A stretch of DNA of 24,000 nucleotides, taken from assembly GCF_023502345.1 (NCBI RefSeq), contig NZ_JAMFLX010000021.1, forward strand, positions 47,139-71,138, read 5' to 3'. Below are positions 23,243-24,000 of the stretch, in pieces. Position numbers and translations under genes: made by a program. The number at the start of each line of letters is the position of its first letter. Within the stretch, counting starts at the first letter, position 1. The stretch comes from Parendozoicomonas callyspongiae (lineage in GTDB: Bacteria; Pseudomonadota; Gammaproteobacteria; Pseudomonadales; Endozoicomonadaceae). The notes beneath the pieces are model-generated. The model was not told the DNA's origin. It did not search any database and saw only the letters and a program-made list of their open reading frames with translations.

Positions 23243-24000
23243 TTATCTGGATACTCTTTCGAGGAACTGATCACGGAAGTCGGGAGCATTGCAGGCAGGT
23301 GGGGCATTTTCGGAAATGCTGCCTTTGCCATAACCATAAATCCGGAACTGTTTCTGGCGTTTCAAAATTCGGGCATAAAGTGCCTGGATATCTTTGACGG
23401 TGACACGGTTAGTTGCATCAACAAGCTTTTCTGTTTGGTCAAACTTGGGATATCCGCTGTCAATATCAGTCCAGTAATCATCTGTAGCAGCAAACAGGTT
23501 TGGGTTGGGCTCAGTCAGGTTGGCAATAATACCTTCTTTGTGCTGTTGTAATGTTTCATCAGTAAGGCCGGATACTGACTCATTAAACTGCTTTAAGAAT
23601 GCTGTTACCCGGTCGTCCAGCTGTTCAGGCAAAGTTGATGGTGACTGGATAATAAAGGCCATTCCAGGAAACTGGCTTTGCTCAATATCGTGTGCCCAGA
23701 CGATGTAGCCTAACTGTTCTTTGGTTCGAAGCTGCGCATAAAAAGGTGATGAAATAATGCTCGCCATAACCTGGTAAACGGCTCTGGCCTTGTGGTCCCG
23801 CTTTTCACTTTGGGAGAAGACCATAAGAGCAGAATCATCCTTATCGTAGCTTATAAAGCAGATTGGAAATTCGGGTTCATCTCTGATGATTTTGGGGAAA
23901 GTCTTGAAATTATTATTATCCGGACCTGATGCCATTCCAGCCACAGAGTTTGTGATGGATTCAGCTGTACTTTGCTTTACATTACCATGAATAAAAGCTG
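23243..24000 (-). CDS. M16 family zinc peptidase (pitrilysin/insulinase-like), C-terminal part; the 5' end of the gene is beyond the right edge of the window
   Basis: The track ORF starts at an internal GTG (23944), but the frame stays open to 24000 (..AFIHGNVKQSTAESITNSVAGMASG..). FYAQLRTKEQLGYIVWA...GMAFIIQSP... is the conserved C-terminal block of protease III/IDE-type M16 enzymes. Confidence 0.85.
   Translation of the reverse strand, partial: AFIHGNVKQSTAESITNSVAGMASGPDNNNFKTFPKIIRDEPEFPICFISYDKDDSALMVFSQSEKRDHKARAVYQVMASIISSPFYAQLRTKEQLGYIVWAHDIEQSQFPGMAFIIQSPSTLPEQLDDRVTAFLKQFNESVSGLTDETLQQHKEGIIANLTEPNPNLFAATDDYWTDIDSGYPKFDQTEKLVDATNRVTVKDIQALYARILKRQKQFRIYGYGKGSISENAPPACNAPDFRDQFLERVSR

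Noticed and set aside
1-24000. Search by eye for CRISPR repeats, tRNA/rRNA, IS elements/transposases/integrases, long direct or inverted repeats, toxin-antitoxin pairs and known defence genes
   Set aside because: None was seen. All ORFs of 100 aa or more are accounted for by the gene calls above or are shadow ORFs. A computational repeat, tRNA and Rfam scan would still be needed to exclude short elements.

Overview
The window looks like chromosomal core DNA from a gammaproteobacterium. The gene order is Pseudomonas/Oceanospirillales-like: comF is divergent from a tightly coupled bioB-bioF-bioH-bioC-bioD operon, and two long PA0506/PA0508-type acyl-CoA dehydrogenases lie further right. From left to right the window holds: selO (partial, minus strand, translated by hand because it runs off the window); a secreted TPR protein; a minus-strand run of MATE efflux pump, srkA kinase, a 1090-aa MscK-type mechanosensitive channel and a translationally coupled 192-202 aa unknown; comF; bioBFHCD with an appended Cys-rich lipoprotein gene; a PhzF-family isomerase; acyl-CoA dehydrogenase 1; a 3.1 kb patch of five small genes in alternating orientation; acyl-CoA dehydrogenase 2; and the 3' part of an M16 (pitrilysin-like) peptidase running off the right edge. 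The patch holds a chorismate-mutase-like protein, a PAT-type GNAT, DUF2288, a PagL-like protein and a small membrane ORF. I found no tRNA/rRNA, CRISPR array, IS/transposase, integrase or obvious toxin-antitoxin or defence cassette, and I cannot support a new multi-gene system here. The loci most worth a second look are: (1) an AT-rich AroQ-gamma-like chorismate mutase gene whose maximal ORF runs 326 nt into the neighbouring GNAT gene in another frame and encodes a signal-peptide-like stretch there; (2) the internally duplicated unknown protein coupled by an ATGCCTGA overlap to the MscK-type channel; (3) matching CAAAC-N4-GTTT(G/A) palindromes (PsrA-type) on the predicted promoters of both acyl-CoA dehydrogenase paralogs; and (4) an 8-Cys lipoprotein apparently co-transcribed with the biotin operon. 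All family assignments come from motif recognition by eye, without database searches.
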